Shown piece after piece: positions 16,371 to 26,172 of a stretch of DNA of 32,000 nt. Position 1 is the stretch's first letter. Every line of letters starts with the position of its first letter. Made by a program: the position numbers and the translations under genes. Source of the stretch: Delftia acidovorans NBRC 14950 (GTDB lineage Bacteria; Pseudomonadota; Gammaproteobacteria; Burkholderiales; Burkholderiaceae_C). Location of the stretch: assembly GCF_001598795.1 (NCBI RefSeq), contig NZ_BCZP01000002.1, forward strand, positions 270,001 to 302,000, written 5' to 3'. Under the pieces are notes generated by a model, which saw only the letters and a program-made list of their open reading frames with translations, searched no databases and was not told where the DNA came from.

Positions 16371-17912
16371 ATGGCTTGGTCCTTTAGACCGCGTGTTCCC
16401 GCCCTGATCCTGGGCTTGGCGGCTGCCGGCCTGCTGTCCGCAGCCAGCGCCGCACCGCTGGCCGACACCACCCGGCAGGCGGCCCGTGCCAGCCTGCATG
16501 AATGGGTCGAGGTGCTGGCCCTGCCCAACGACGCCAATGTGCCGGCCGACATCCAGAAGAACGTGGCCTGGTTTGCCAAGGCCTTCGAGCGGCGGGGCTT
16601 CGAGGTGCGGCAACTGGCCAATGGCGACAAGCCCATGCTGATGGCCACGCTGCCGTCGGCTGGGCCCGGGCGCAAGACCGTGCTGTTCTATGCCCACCTT
16701 GACGGCCAGGCCGTCAAGCCCGAGGAGTGGCAGCAGGCCAGCCCCTGGCAGGCCACGCTCAAGCAGCGCCAGCCGGACGGCCGCTGGGCCGCGCTGCCGC
16801 TGGAGCAGCTGTACGGCGAGCAGCCCGATCCGCAGTGGCGCGTGTTTGCGCGCTCGTCATCGGACGACAAGGCGCCCATCGTCATGCTGCTGGCGGCGCT
16901 GGATGCGCTCAAGGCCCAGGGCAAGCAGCCGGGCGTGGACATCAAGGTGCTGCTGGATTCCGAAGAGGAAAAGGGCTCTCCCACGCTGGGCCGCGTGATC
17001 GGCGAGAACCTGGGCGCGCTGAAGTCCGACGCCATGGTGGTGCTCGACGGTCCCATGCACGCCAGCAACCGGCCCACCCTGGTGTTCGGCAACCGGGGCA
17101 TTGCCCAGGCCACGCTCACTGTCTATGGCGCCAGCCAGGAACTGCACAGCGGCCACTACGGCAACTACGCGGCCAATCCGGCCCAGACCCTGGCGCGCCT
17201 GCTGGCCAGCATGAAGGGCGATGACGGCAAGGTGCTGATCCAGGGCTACTACGACGGCATCGAGTTCGATGCGCAGGCACGCGAGGTGATGCAGGCCGTG
17301 CCCGACGACGAGGCGGCCCTGCGCAAGCGCCTGGGCATTGCGAAGGCCGAGACCGTGGGTCGCAACTACCAGGAGTCCATGCAGTACCCCTCGCTGAATG
17401 TGCGCGGCCTGCAAAGCGCCGAGGTGGGCAGCAAGGCCCGTACCGTCGTGCCCTCCGTGGCCGTGGCCGAGATCGACATGCGCACCGTGCCCGAGACGCC
17501 TCCCGAGCGGCTGGAGAAGCTGTTGCGCACCCATATCGAGGCGCAGGGCTTCCATCTGGTCGATGGCCCGCCCACGGCCGAGCAGCGTGCCAGCCACCCC
17601 AAGCTGGCCACCCTCAGGCTGGGCGGTGTATCAGCCTCCGGCTCTGCCGTTCGCACACCGTTGGACGCCCCTGTCGGCCAGTGGCTGCGCAAGGGCATGA
17701 ACAAGGCCTGGGGCAGCGACCCGGTGCAGATCCGCATGATGGGCGGCACCGTGCCCACGGGCGCGGCCGTGCAGGCGCTGAAGATTCCCTTCGTCATCGT
17801 GCCCCTGGTCAATGCCGACAACAACCAGCACAGCTTTGACGAGAACATGCGCCTGGGCAACTACTTCGATGGCGTGCACAGCCTGGTGCATCTGCTGGCC
17901 GAGCCGTTCTGA
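16371..17912 (+). CDS. Exported M20-family metallopeptidase (dipeptidase-like)
   Basis: The ATG at 16371 follows GGAGACAAAACC. The signal peptide is MAWSFRPRVPALILGLAAAGLLSAASAAP. Metal-ligand-like motifs are YAHLDGQ, SSSDDKAP and DSEEEKGS. Confidence 0.85.
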   Translation: MAWSFRPRVPALILGLAAAGLLSAASAAPLADTTRQAARASLHEWVEVLALPNDANVPADIQKNVAWFAKAFERRGFEVRQLANGDKPMLMATLPSAGPGRKTVLFYAHLDGQAVKPEEWQQASPWQATLKQRQPDGRWAALPLEQLYGEQPDPQWRVFARSSSDDKAPIVMLLAALDALKAQGKQPGVDIKVLLDSEEEKGSPTLGRVIGENLGALKSDAMVVLDGPMHASNRPTLVFGNRGIAQATLTVYGASQELHSGHYGNYAANPAQTLARLLASMKGDDGKVLIQGYYDGIEFDAQAREVMQAVPDDEAALRKRLGIAKAETVGRNYQESMQYPSLNVRGLQSAEVGSKARTVVPSVAVAEIDMRTVPETPPERLEKLLRTHIEAQGFHLVDGPPTAEQRASHPKLATLRLGGVSASGSAVRTPLDAPVGQWLRKGMNKAWGSDPVQIRMMGGTVPTGAAVQALKIPFVIVPLVNADNNQHSFDENMRLGNYFDGVHSLVHLLAEPF

Positions 17913-17944
17913 CAGGCGCCGGACTGGCAGCAGACAGGAGGCAC

Positions 17945-18634
17945 TCAGCCCGCTGCAGCCGTGCGGTACGGTTCCTCGAACGGCCGGAAATCATGCTCCG
18001 CCAGTGCGCCCTGCACCCAGTCCTGCACGCCCGGCAGGGCGCGCACGCGGCGCACATAGGCGTCGATGGCCGGTGCCACGGGCAGCTCATAGGTCGCCAG
18101 GCGCATGCACACGGGGGCGAAGAAGGCATCGACGATGCTGAACTGGTCGTACAGCATGGGGCCGCTGGCCGTGGACAGCAGCGGTTGCCACAGCTTGGAC
18201 AGGTGCTGCACATCGTCGCGCAGTGCGACGTTCTCTGCCCATAGCCGTGCGCCGACCTCGGGCAGCTGGGCCTCGATGTTCATCGGGCACAGCGAGCGCA
18301 GGGCGCCGAAGCCGCTGTGCATCTCGGCGCAGAGGCTGCGCGCGCGAGCGCGGTTCAGCGCCAGCGTGGGCCACAGGTGCTTTTCAGGGAATTTCTCGGC
18401 CAGGTACTCGCAGATGGCCAGGCTGTCCCAGATGGCCATGCCTTCATCCATGAGCACGGGCACGCGGCCCGAGGGCGAGAGCGCGCGGGCGCGCTGCTTG
18501 AAGGCGGACTGCTCCTCGAAGCTGTCAAAGCGCAGCATGACCTCTTCGAAAGCAATGCCGGCCTGGCGCATCAGCACCCAGGGGCGCATGGACCAGGACG
18601 AATAATTCTTGTTGCCGATATAGAGCGTGAGCAT
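17945..18634 (-). CDS. Glutathione S-transferase family protein
   Basis: 229 aa with the N-terminus MLTLYIGNKNYSSWSMRPW and VPVL...IWDSLAICEYL, typical of the GST N-domain. A GGAGG ribosome-binding site lies upstream. Confidence 0.88.
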   Translation of the reverse strand: MLTLYIGNKNYSSWSMRPWVLMRQAGIAFEEVMLRFDSFEEQSAFKQRARALSPSGRVPVLMDEGMAIWDSLAICEYLAEKFPEKHLWPTLALNRARARSLCAEMHSGFGALRSLCPMNIEAQLPEVGARLWAENVALRDDVQHLSKLWQPLLSTASGPMLYDQFSIVDAFFAPVCMRLATYELPVAPAIDAYVRRVRALPGVQDWVQGALAEHDFRPFEEPYRTAAAG

Positions 18635-18722
18635 GGCCGCAACCTCCGCGATAGGCCCTACAGCTTAGCAAGCATGGCAGGAAAACCCATGTAGGAGCCG
18701 GGCGCTGCCTGAGCGCGCTCTA

Positions 18723-19481
18723 ATGCGTGCCATGCAAAACGATAGCTCTTCTCCCCAGGCGCCAGCGGCGCGCCACACGGCTGCGCTGGTCCTGTTTTCC
18801 GGCGGCCAGGATTCGACCACCTGCCTGGCGCAGGCACTGTCGCTGTACGAGCGCGTCGAGACCCTGGGTTTTGACTACGGCCAGCGCCACAGCGTGGAAA
18901 TGCAGGTGCGCCAGCAGGTGCGCGAGCGGCTGGCCAGGGACTTTCCCCAATGGGCTCCGCGCCTGGGCGATGACCATGTCCTCTCGCTGGACGTGCTGCA
19001 ACAGATCGGCGGCTCCTCCCTGACCGAGGACGTGGCCTTCGCCATGCAGGCCGACGGCCTGCCCAACACCTTCGTGCCCGGCCGCAACCTGCTGTTCCTG
19101 ACCCTGGCCGGCGCGCTGGCCTACCGGCGCGGCCTGTCGGTGATCGTCACCGGCGTCTGCGAGACCGACTACTCCGGCTACCCCGACTGCCGAGACGACA
19201 CCATGAAGGCCATGCAGCTCGCCCTGAACCTGGGCCTGGAGCGGCGCCTGCGCATCGAAACGCCCCTGATGTGGATAGACAAGGCCCAAACCTGGAAAAT
19301 GGCCCACGACCTGGGTGGCGACACCCTGGTGGACCTCATCCAGCGCGACACCCACACCTGCTACCAGGGCACGCGCGAGACGCTGCACGACTGGGGCTAC
19401 GGCTGCGGAACCTGCCCCGCCTGCGACCTGCGAGCCCGCGGCTGGCATCAATGGCAGGCGCAGCGCGAGACAGCAAACTAA
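18723..19481 (+). CDS. queC: 7-cyano-7-deazaguanine synthase QueC
   Basis: PP-loop motif [11 protein letters not shown] and the C-terminal Zn cluster C...[10 protein letters not shown]. The length is about 250 aa. A start at the second Met (18732) is also possible. Confidence 0.92.
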   Translation: MRAMQNDSSSPQAPAARHTAALVLFSGGQDSTTCLAQALSLYERVETLGFDYGQRHSVEMQVRQQVRERLARDFPQWAPRLGDDHVLSLDVLQQIGGSSLTEDVAFAMQADGLPNTFVPGRNLLFLTLAGALAYRRGLSVIVTGVCETDYSGYPDCRDDTMKAMQLALNLGLERRLRIETPLMWIDKAQTWKMAHDLGGDTLVDLIQRDTHTCYQGTRETLHDWGYGCGTCPACDLRARGWHQWQAQRETAN

Positions 19482-19519
19482 AGAAGCACAGCGCTAAAAA
19501 CCGGCGCGGCCAAAAGCGA

Positions 19520-19606
19520 GGGACACCGAGCAAGGGCCGCCCCGCAGTGAGGGTGTCGTCCCCCTCCCCCGCGAAGCGGGCAGAGAGGGGGAAGGCGCGC
19601 AGCGCC
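19520..19606. other. Three consecutive GC-rich hairpins (REP-like element or terminator cluster) between convergent queC and the 5-FCL gene
   Basis: Hairpin 1 is GACACC (19522-19527) / GGTGTC (19552-19557). Hairpin 2 is CCCCCTC-CCCCGC-GAA-GCGGG-CAGA-GAGGGGG (19560-19591). Hairpin 3 is GGCGC-GCA-GCGCC (19594-19606). Confidence 0.4.
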
Positions 19607-19622
19607 TCAGGGGGTGCTTGTT

Positions 19623-20195
19623 CTACACCGGCCAGACGACCCCATGGTCATTCAGGATGGCGTCCAGCGGCAGGTCATGCGGCTCGGGCTCGAACTCGTC
19701 CACATAGCCGCAGCCGTAGCCCAGGCCCACGGTGAAGGGCTTGGGCTGCAGTTCGGCCAGGGTGCGGTCGTAGAAACCGCCGCCATAGCCCAGGCGGTAG
19801 CCACCAGCCGCGTAGCCCACGCAGGGCACGAACAGCAGGGTGGGGGTGAGGGTTTCGGTGTCCTTGGGCTTAGGGATGCCATAGGCATCCTCTTCCATGG
19901 GACAGCCCGGGTACCAGGCGTGAAAGCTGAGTGTCTTACGCTGCTTGTCAATCACCGGCAGTCCGATTCGGCGCCTTTGTGGGGTACCCTGTAGCTCGCC
20001 ATCTTCCTTCCAGCGGTGAAGCGCGGGCAGCGGATCGAACTCTCCCTTGATCGGCCAATAGGCGCCGATCACGGTGTCGGGCCGCTGTATCAGCCAAAAG
20101 CGCATGACCTGTTGCAGCGCGTCGGCGCGCTGCAGTCGGTCAGGAAGATTGAGGCGCTGGTCTATCAAGCTGCGGCGCAGGGCTGCTTTGTCCAT
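19623..20195 (-). CDS. 5-formyltetrahydrofolate cyclo-ligase
   Basis: Starts MDKAALRRSLIDQR. The signature GYGGGFYDRTL and the length of 190 aa are typical of the YgfA/MTHFS family. The upstream part of the tracked 391-aa ORF is a shadow frame over slt. Confidence 0.88.
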   Translation of the reverse strand: MDKAALRRSLIDQRLNLPDRLQRADALQQVMRFWLIQRPDTVIGAYWPIKGEFDPLPALHRWKEDGELQGTPQRRRIGLPVIDKQRKTLSFHAWYPGCPMEEDAYGIPKPKDTETLTPTLLFVPCVGYAAGGYRLGYGGGFYDRTLAELQPKPFTVGLGYGCGYVDEFEPEPHDLPLDAILNDHGVVWPV

Positions 20196-20210
20196 CAGAT
20201 AATTTCCTCC

Positions 20211-22190
20211 ATGCACTGGCTGAAGATTTTGACACCGCTTTTGGCGGCTTCCCTCTGGACCACCGCAGCCACGCCTGCGCTGGCGCAAAACCGTGGCGAC
20301 GATGTCTTGCTGGAAATGCAGCAGGCCTTCCGCAAAGGCGACAAGGCCAAGCTCACGCAGCTGCTGCCTTCTGCGCGTGGCCATGTGCTCGAACCTTGGG
20401 CCGCGTACTGGGAACTCAAGGCCCGGCTGGATGAAGCCAGTGCCGATGAGGTTCTGGGGTTTTTCAAGCGCTGGCCCGGCACCTACCAGGAAGATCGGCT
20501 GCGCAACGACTGGCTGCTGCTGCTGGGGCAGCGCCGCGACTGGGGCATGTTCGACCAGGTGCATGGTGCGTTTCGCATGCGCGATGACCGCTCCGTCAGC
20601 TGCTACGCCCTGCTGATCGACAGCATCAAGGGCCAGCCTGCTGCCAACCTGGGCCAGCAGGTGCGCGACCTGTGGTGGGCCCAGCGCGACGCCGACGACG
20701 GCTGCACCTACGCCGCCGGCGAGCTGTACGCGGCCAAGCAGATCAGCGAACCCGAAGTCTGGCGCAAGGCGCGCCAGGCGGCCGAGGCCAATCGCCAAAA
20801 GGCCACGCGCGATGCGGTGGCCATCGTCGCTCCCGAGGCCTTGCCCCAGGTGGCGCAGGTCTTTGCCTCGCCCGCCAAGTACCTGGCCGGGCAGACGCGC
20901 GTGCGCGGTGCCGTGCCCAAGGAGCTGGCGCTGCTGGCGTTGATCCGCATGGCCTCCAGCGACCCGGCGGCGGCGGCCACCCAGCTGGAAGGCGGCTGGG
21001 GTGCCCGGCTGACGGCCGAGGAGAACAACTGGGCCTGGGGCGTGATCGGCAAGCAGGCAGCACTCAAGCTGCAGCCCGAGGCGGCGACCTATTTCGGCAA
21101 GGTGCGCAAGGACGGCGACCTCAGCGATGAACTGCTGGGCTGGAAGGTGCGTGCCGCGCTGCGCGCCGGCGACTGGCGCACGGTGCGCCGCGCCATTGAC
21201 GCCATGGGTGCCGAGCGTACCGATCCCACCTGGACCTACTGGAAGGCGCGTGCCCTGCTGTCAGGCCGCCCCAGCGAGCAGGAGCGCTCCGAGGCGCGCC
21301 AACTGCTGGAGGACATGGCCGGCCCCGGCAGTTTCTACGAGCAGCTGGCGCTGGAGGATATCGGCCAGCGCGTGGCGGCGCCACCTCCGCCTGCGCCGCC
21401 CACGGCACAGGAGAAGGCAGCCGCCCGCGCCAACCCCAGCCTGGTGCGCGGCCTCTACGCCATCCAGAACGGCCTGCGCAGCGAAGGCGTGCGCGAATGG
21501 AACTACGCCACCAACCTGCACCAGGCCGGCGGCATGAGCGACCGCGAACTGCTGGCCGCCGCCGATCTGGCCTGCCAGCAGCAGGTCTGGGACCGCTGCA
21601 TCAACACCAGCGAGCGCACCCGCAGCTTTGCCGACTGGAACCAGCGCTTTCCCATGCCTTTCCACGACACGGTGCTGGCGCGCTCGCGCTCCATCGGCCT
21701 GGACCCGGCCTACGTCTATGGCCTGATCCGCCAGGAAAGCCGCTTCATCATGGACGCCCGCTCGGGCGTGGGCGCCTCGGGCCTGATGCAGGTCATGCCG
21801 GCCACGGCCCGCTGGACGGCGCGCAAGATCGGCATGACGGACTTTTCCCCGTCCATGATCAATGACCGCGAGGTGAACATCACCATCGGCACCGCTTATC
21901 TGAAGCTGGCGCTGGACGATTTCGACGGTTCCATGGCGCTGGCTGCGGCCGGCTACAACGCCGGTCCCGGCCGCCCGCGCAACTGGCGCAACGGCCCGGT
22001 GCTCGACGCCGCCATCTGGGCCGAGAACGTTCCCTTCACCGAGACGCGCGACTACGTGAAGAAGGTGCTGTCCAACACCACCAACTACGCGGCGCTCATC
22101 ACGGGCCAGCCCCAGTCGCTCAAGAGCCGCCTGGGCACCATCGGCCCCCGCGATGCAGCCACGCCCGACCCCAGCAAGGACCTGCCCTGA
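20211..22190 (+). CDS. slt: Soluble lytic murein transglycosylase (Slt70-like)
   Basis: The ATG at 20211 gives the signal peptide MHWLKILTPLLAASLWTTAATPALAQ. A long helical-repeat N-domain is followed by a C-terminal SLT domain with IRQESRF, GLMQVMPATA and AAYNAGPGR. Confidence 0.88.
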   Translation: MHWLKILTPLLAASLWTTAATPALAQNRGDDVLLEMQQAFRKGDKAKLTQLLPSARGHVLEPWAAYWELKARLDEASADEVLGFFKRWPGTYQEDRLRNDWLLLLGQRRDWGMFDQVHGAFRMRDDRSVSCYALLIDSIKGQPAANLGQQVRDLWWAQRDADDGCTYAAGELYAAKQISEPEVWRKARQAAEANRQKATRDAVAIVAPEALPQVAQVFASPAKYLAGQTRVRGAVPKELALLALIRMASSDPAAAATQLEGGWGARLTAEENNWAWGVIGKQAALKLQPEAATYFGKVRKDGDLSDELLGWKVRAALRAGDWRTVRRAIDAMGAERTDPTWTYWKARALLSGRPSEQERSEARQLLEDMAGPGSFYEQLALEDIGQRVAAPPPPAPPTAQEKAAARANPSLVRGLYAIQNGLRSEGVREWNYATNLHQAGGMSDRELLAAADLACQQQVWDRCINTSERTRSFADWNQRFPMPFHDTVLARSRSIGLDPAYVYGLIRQESRFIMDARSGVGASGLMQVMPATARWTARKIGMTDFSPSMINDREVNITIGTAYLKLALDDFDGSMALAAAGYNAGPGRPRNWRNGPVLDAAIWAENVPFTETRDYVKKVLSNTTNYAALITGQPQSLKSRLGTIGPRDAATPDPSKDLP

Positions 22191-22298
22191 GCCGCACTTG
22201 ACATTCCTGCGGGGTGCAGCGTCGCCTGGCGTTGCTACACTTGGTTACCGACAGGCGGGCCGCATGCCGCGGCCCCGGATACCGCAGGGGTTTCAACA

Positions 22299-22862
22299 AT
22301 GACAACAACATGGAGCCGCGCGGCCTGGGCCGCGCTGGGTCTTGCATGGGCGTGCACGGCGGCAGCGCAGCCGGTCTACAAATGGGTGGACGCGGAAGGG
22401 CGCACGCATTACGGATCGCAACTGCCCACCGACCAAGCCGATGCCGGCCAGATCAAGGTGTCGCCCAATGGCAGCTCGGGCGCAGGCTCGGGCCGGTTTG
22501 GCGAAGAGCGCAATCCCGACGGCACGAAGAAGCTGCCCAAGCAGGTGCGCGAGATGGCGGACGGCGTGGCCAAGGGCCTGAGCAAGGTCGACTCCAAGGA
22601 GGTGCCGCTGAACTGCGCCGCCGCCGTGGACAACATCCGCAGCCAAGTGGACACCATGGTCGAGAACGGGCAGAAGAACGTCAAGGGCGGCTACATCACC
22701 CAGGCGCAGTTCGATGCAACTGCGGGCAAGTTCCGCGAGGCGCGCACCCATGCCACGGTGGCCGACTGCCAGGCCGCCACGGGCCGCTCCAAGGCCATGT
22801 ACCAGTGCATGTCCAGCAGCTACAACCACCTGATCGGCTGTGCCGAGAAGCACAAACCCTGA
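22299..22862 (+). CDS. DUF4124-domain secreted protein
   Basis: A signal peptide is followed by VYKWVDAEGRTHYGSQ, the typical DUF4124 opening. The C-terminal half carries several Cys residues. Confidence 0.75.
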   Translation: MTTTWSRAAWAALGLAWACTAAAQPVYKWVDAEGRTHYGSQLPTDQADAGQIKVSPNGSSGAGSGRFGEERNPDGTKKLPKQVREMADGVAKGLSKVDSKEVPLNCAAAVDNIRSQVDTMVENGQKNVKGGYITQAQFDATAGKFREARTHATVADCQAATGRSKAMYQCMSSSYNHLIGCAEKHKP

Positions 22863-22876
22863 AGCGATCCGATCCC

Positions 22877-23557
22877 TCAGGTCTGCGCCCACATGCGCAG
22901 CAGGTTGTGATAGTGGCCCGCGAGGCTGAGGGTTTCATCGGTCTCGCCCAGTTTTTCGCGCAGGCGCTGGATGGTCTGGTCCATCTCGAACAGCATGGCC
23001 CGGCGTGTGTCGTCACGCACCATGCTTTGCGCCCAGAAGAAGGCGCATACGCGCTCGCCCCGGGTGACGGGCTCCACGCGGTGCAGGCTGGTGGAGGGAT
23101 AGAGGATCAGGTCGCCGGCCGGCAGCTTGACCTCGTGCGTGCCGTAGGTGTCCACCACGACCAGCTCGCCGCCGTCGTAGTCCTCGGGATCGCAGAGGAA
23201 GAGGGTGCAGGACACATCGGTGCGCATCCACTGCTGCGCGCCTGGCAGGCGCCGCGCCGCACCGTCCACGTGCAGGCCATAGGTTTCACTGTCCGCATAG
23301 CGGTTGAACAGCGGCGACATGGTGCGCGCGGGCAGGGCGGCACTGAAGTACAGCGCATTGGCCGCCAGCGCCTGCTCGATGATGCGGCCCTGCTCCAGTG
23401 CCACGGGCAAGTCTTCGGGCAACTGGCGGTTGCGCTTGACCCGGGCGCCCTGGCTGCCTGCCGTGGCACGGCCATCCACCCAGTCGGCGGCATCGATGGC
23501 CGAGCGGATGGCGGCAACCTGCTCGCGCGTGAGCACATGGGGAATGTGCAGCATCAT
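22877..23557 (-). CDS. piuC: Fe(II)/2-oxoglutarate-dependent PKHD-type hydroxylase (PiuC/YbiX family)
   Basis: The opening [13 protein letters not shown] is typical of YbiX/PiuC. The facial triad context is HVDGA...[12 protein letters not shown]. The gene lies immediately downstream of a TonB-dependent receptor, as in fiu-ybiX and piuA-piuC. Confidence 0.88.
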   Translation of the reverse strand: MMLHIPHVLTREQVAAIRSAIDAADWVDGRATAGSQGARVKRNRQLPEDLPVALEQGRIIEQALAANALYFSAALPARTMSPLFNRYADSETYGLHVDGAARRLPGAQQWMRTDVSCTLFLCDPEDYDGGELVVVDTYGTHEVKLPAGDLILYPSTSLHRVEPVTRGERVCAFFWAQSMVRDDTRRAMLFEMDQTIQRLREKLGETDETLSLAGHYHNLLRMWAQT

Positions 23558-23636
23558 GGTGTATGTCCTTGCATCGGGAAGCCTCGGCGGGGAGAGGGGC
23601 TGACGGGGGCGATGGCCGGGTGCCCGGCCCTTGCAT

Positions 23637-25937
23637 TCAGAACTTCAGCGTCGCGACCAGTCTGGCCGAGCGTGCCGTACCCGGGATGTAGCGCGCGCCG
23701 CCGTTGTTGAGGCTGGCCACGTATTTCTTGTCGGCCAGGTTGTAGATATTGAGCTGAAGGCGCAGGTTCTTGCTGACCTCGTAGGCCATGAAGGCGTCAT
23801 ACACCCAGTAGGCCTGGGCGCTGGGCATATTGGTGGTGGCCTGCACGGCGGAGTTGCTGACCAGGCGTGCCATCCTGTCCATGTAGCGGGCTCCTCCGCC
23901 CAGGGTCAGTCCGTTGCCGAAGCGGTAGGTGCTCCAGCTGGTGAAGCTCAGTCTGGGCGACCAGTTCAGGTGCGCGCCGGTCTGGGAGGACGTGCCCTGC
24001 GCTATGTTGGTGTTCATGCGCGCCAGGCCGGCCGTGATGTTCCAGGCCGGTGTCATCTGGCCGACGGCGCCCAGCTCAATGCCCTTGACCTGCTTCTTGC
24101 CGTACTGGGTGACCACGCCGGTGACGCTGTCCCGGGTGCCCAGGTCATTGCGCACCGTGGTCTGGAACAGCGCGGCCGTCAGCAGCAGTCGCCTGTCCAG
24201 GATGTCCCACTTGGTGCCCATTTCCAGGTTGGTGGCCTTGGAGGGGTCCATGGCGGAGTGGTTGATGTTGCCCTCGGTGGCGCTGAGCGCGAAGTTGCTG
24301 CCGCCCGGCGGCTGCTGCGACGTCGAAATGCCGGCGTAGATGCTGCCGTACTCCACGGGCTTGAAGACCAGTCCCAGCTTGGCACTGAGCAGGCTGCCGC
24401 TGCTGCCCAACTGGGTGGTGGTCTGCGCACCCGTGCTGGCATTGGGCGCCGTGGTGTTGTCATTGGCGCTGCGGTAGCGGTCCCAGCGCAGGCCACCGTT
24501 GAGCTGCCACTGCGGGCTGAACTCGATGCTGTCGAAGGCGTACAGCGCAAGGGTCTTGGTATCGCCTTCGTTGAGCTGGCCGGTATAGCGGATGTCCTGG
24601 CCCGTGATCGCATCGCTGACGCTGGGATCGTAGAGATTGGCGGGCGCCATGGCGCCTGCGCCCGTGCGCCCCCGGGAGGTCTGCTTCTCGTAGATCAGCT
24701 CCAGGCCCGCGCTCAGCGCATGCTGCAGCCCGCCGCTCCTGAAGTTCGATGAAAGGCTGGTCTGGTTGGTGAACAACTGGTTGGATTGCCAGCGCAACTG
24801 GCGCGAGCGTGAGGCGGTCCAGGTGGCGGGGTCCGGGCGACCCACGGCGCTCGCGCCGCTTCCGTCGCTGACGATGCCCGAGGTGCCCGTGAGCAGCTGG
24901 TCGATCTTGCTGCGCCCCACGCGCGTGATGTTGCGCACCGTGGTGCCGGCCGACAGATCGTGCTCGAAGCGCACGGTTGCCTGGTTCAGCTCGGTCTTGC
25001 TGAAGTCGCCCAGGCTGCCGTAGAAGTTGGACGGGTCCACGGGGCGGACGTCCCCGAGGCCCAGTGCGGACAGTGCGCCGTTGTAGAAGCCCGGCAGTCC
25101 CACGGTGGGCACGCCGCCATCGGGCCGGTTGTCGTATTGCAGCAGTTGCATGTCGGCAAGCAAGCGTGTGGGCGTGCCCAGACCCAGGGCCAGCGATGGC
25201 GCCATGCCCATGCCCTGGTTGCGCACGAAGTCGCGGCCTGCGACACCACTGCTCTGGACCATGGCGTTCAGACGCAGGGCGGCGGTGTCGCCGAGCTGCC
25301 GGTTCAGGTCTGCGGTGGTGCGGTTGGTGTCGGCGGTGCCGGTGCCAAGGCGTATCTGCGACAGATCGCCCAGCATCGGCAGCTTGGTGCGCATGTTGAT
25401 GCTGCCGGAAGGCGCGCCGCGCCCGTACTCGGAACCCGAGGCGCCCTTGACGATCTCGATGTCCTCGATGTTGAAGGTGTCGCGCACCGAACTGCCCAGG
25501 TTGCGCACGCCGTCGATGAAGATGCTGCCCGTGGTGTCGAAGCCGCGCATGAAGATGTTGTCCTTGCTGTTGGAGTTGCCGCCTTCTCCCAGCAACAGGG
25601 TCACGCCGGGCGTGTTGCGCAAGGCTTCCTGCAAGGTGGTCGCTTCCTGTTCCTCCATGACTTCACGGCGTATCACCGACAGGGTCTGGGGCGTGTCCAC
25701 CAGTGGGCGGGTGAACTTTGGGGATGCTGCCTTTTGCGCCTTGTAGCCGCCGTCATGGCGGTCGCGGACCTGGACTTCCCTGAGTGTCAGGTCCAGCGGA
25801 GCTGGCGTGGTGGGCTGCGCCTGGATCTGCATCGGCAGGCTCAGTGCCATCAGCGTGGCGGCGATGCCCACGGCATGCGGCCGTGTCGCAGCCGCGCAGT
25901 GCTTGCGGCCGGTGATGTGATTGGTGTGGTGAGCCAT
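23637..25937 (-). CDS. TonB-dependent catecholate-type siderophore receptor (Fiu/PiuA-like)
   Basis: 766 aa. Plug-domain motifs are [24 protein letters not shown] and IFMRGF. The barrel ends in the terminal aromatic residue ...ATLKF. Confidence 0.9.
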   Translation of the reverse strand: MAHHTNHITGRKHCAAATRPHAVGIAATLMALSLPMQIQAQPTTPAPLDLTLREVQVRDRHDGGYKAQKAASPKFTRPLVDTPQTLSVIRREVMEEQEATTLQEALRNTPGVTLLLGEGGNSNSKDNIFMRGFDTTGSIFIDGVRNLGSSVRDTFNIEDIEIVKGASGSEYGRGAPSGSINMRTKLPMLGDLSQIRLGTGTADTNRTTADLNRQLGDTAALRLNAMVQSSGVAGRDFVRNQGMGMAPSLALGLGTPTRLLADMQLLQYDNRPDGGVPTVGLPGFYNGALSALGLGDVRPVDPSNFYGSLGDFSKTELNQATVRFEHDLSAGTTVRNITRVGRSKIDQLLTGTSGIVSDGSGASAVGRPDPATWTASRSRQLRWQSNQLFTNQTSLSSNFRSGGLQHALSAGLELIYEKQTSRGRTGAGAMAPANLYDPSVSDAITGQDIRYTGQLNEGDTKTLALYAFDSIEFSPQWQLNGGLRWDRYRSANDNTTAPNASTGAQTTTQLGSSGSLLSAKLGLVFKPVEYGSIYAGISTSQQPPGGSNFALSATEGNINHSAMDPSKATNLEMGTKWDILDRRLLLTAALFQTTVRNDLGTRDSVTGVVTQYGKKQVKGIELGAVGQMTPAWNITAGLARMNTNIAQGTSSQTGAHLNWSPRLSFTSWSTYRFGNGLTLGGGARYMDRMARLVSNSAVQATTNMPSAQAYWVYDAFMAYEVSKNLRLQLNIYNLADKKYVASLNNGGARYIPGTARSARLVATLKF

Positions 25938-26096
25938 GCCCGCCTCCCTCGCTGTGCAAGATTGAATGCTGGCTGGCGGGGGGCGGCTGGACGCGGAGCG
26001 TCGCTTGGCAGACCTGGAGCTTGCTCCTGATCAGCGTGGGCGAGAAGCCTGCAGGGGTGGCCGTGGATGGCCGGATGCCTTTGCTGATACACAAAT

Positions 26097-26115
26097 GCTA
26101 GTCATTGTGATTTGC
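26097..26115 (-). promoter_or_regulatory. Candidate Fur box upstream of the receptor-piuC operon
   Basis: The minus strand reads GCAAATCACAATGACTAGC, which matches GATAATGATAATCATTATC at 12 of 19 positions by hand alignment. It lies just downstream of a TATAGT -10-like hexamer in the only strongly AT-rich stretch of this region. Confidence 0.4.
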
Positions 26116-26172
26116 AAAAACTATAGGAAAGGTCTTAATTTTCTTTTTGTCTATTGGGCGGTTTGGCGACAT

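Noticed and set aside
18635-18722. Possible preQ1 riboswitch upstream of queC
   Set aside because: I could not find the compact preQ1-I/II hairpin-plus-A-rich-tail pattern in the 88-nt spacer. In this lineage queC is often not riboswitch-controlled. An Rfam scan would be the definitive test.
22198-22260. TTGACA hexamer at 22198-22203 and a GGGCCGC/GCGGCCC hairpin (about 22256-22274) upstream of the DUF4124 gene as a promoter and terminator pair
   Set aside because: No acceptable -10 hexamer lies 16-18 nt downstream of the TTGACA. The hairpin lacks a U-tract. Both are plausible but unsupported.
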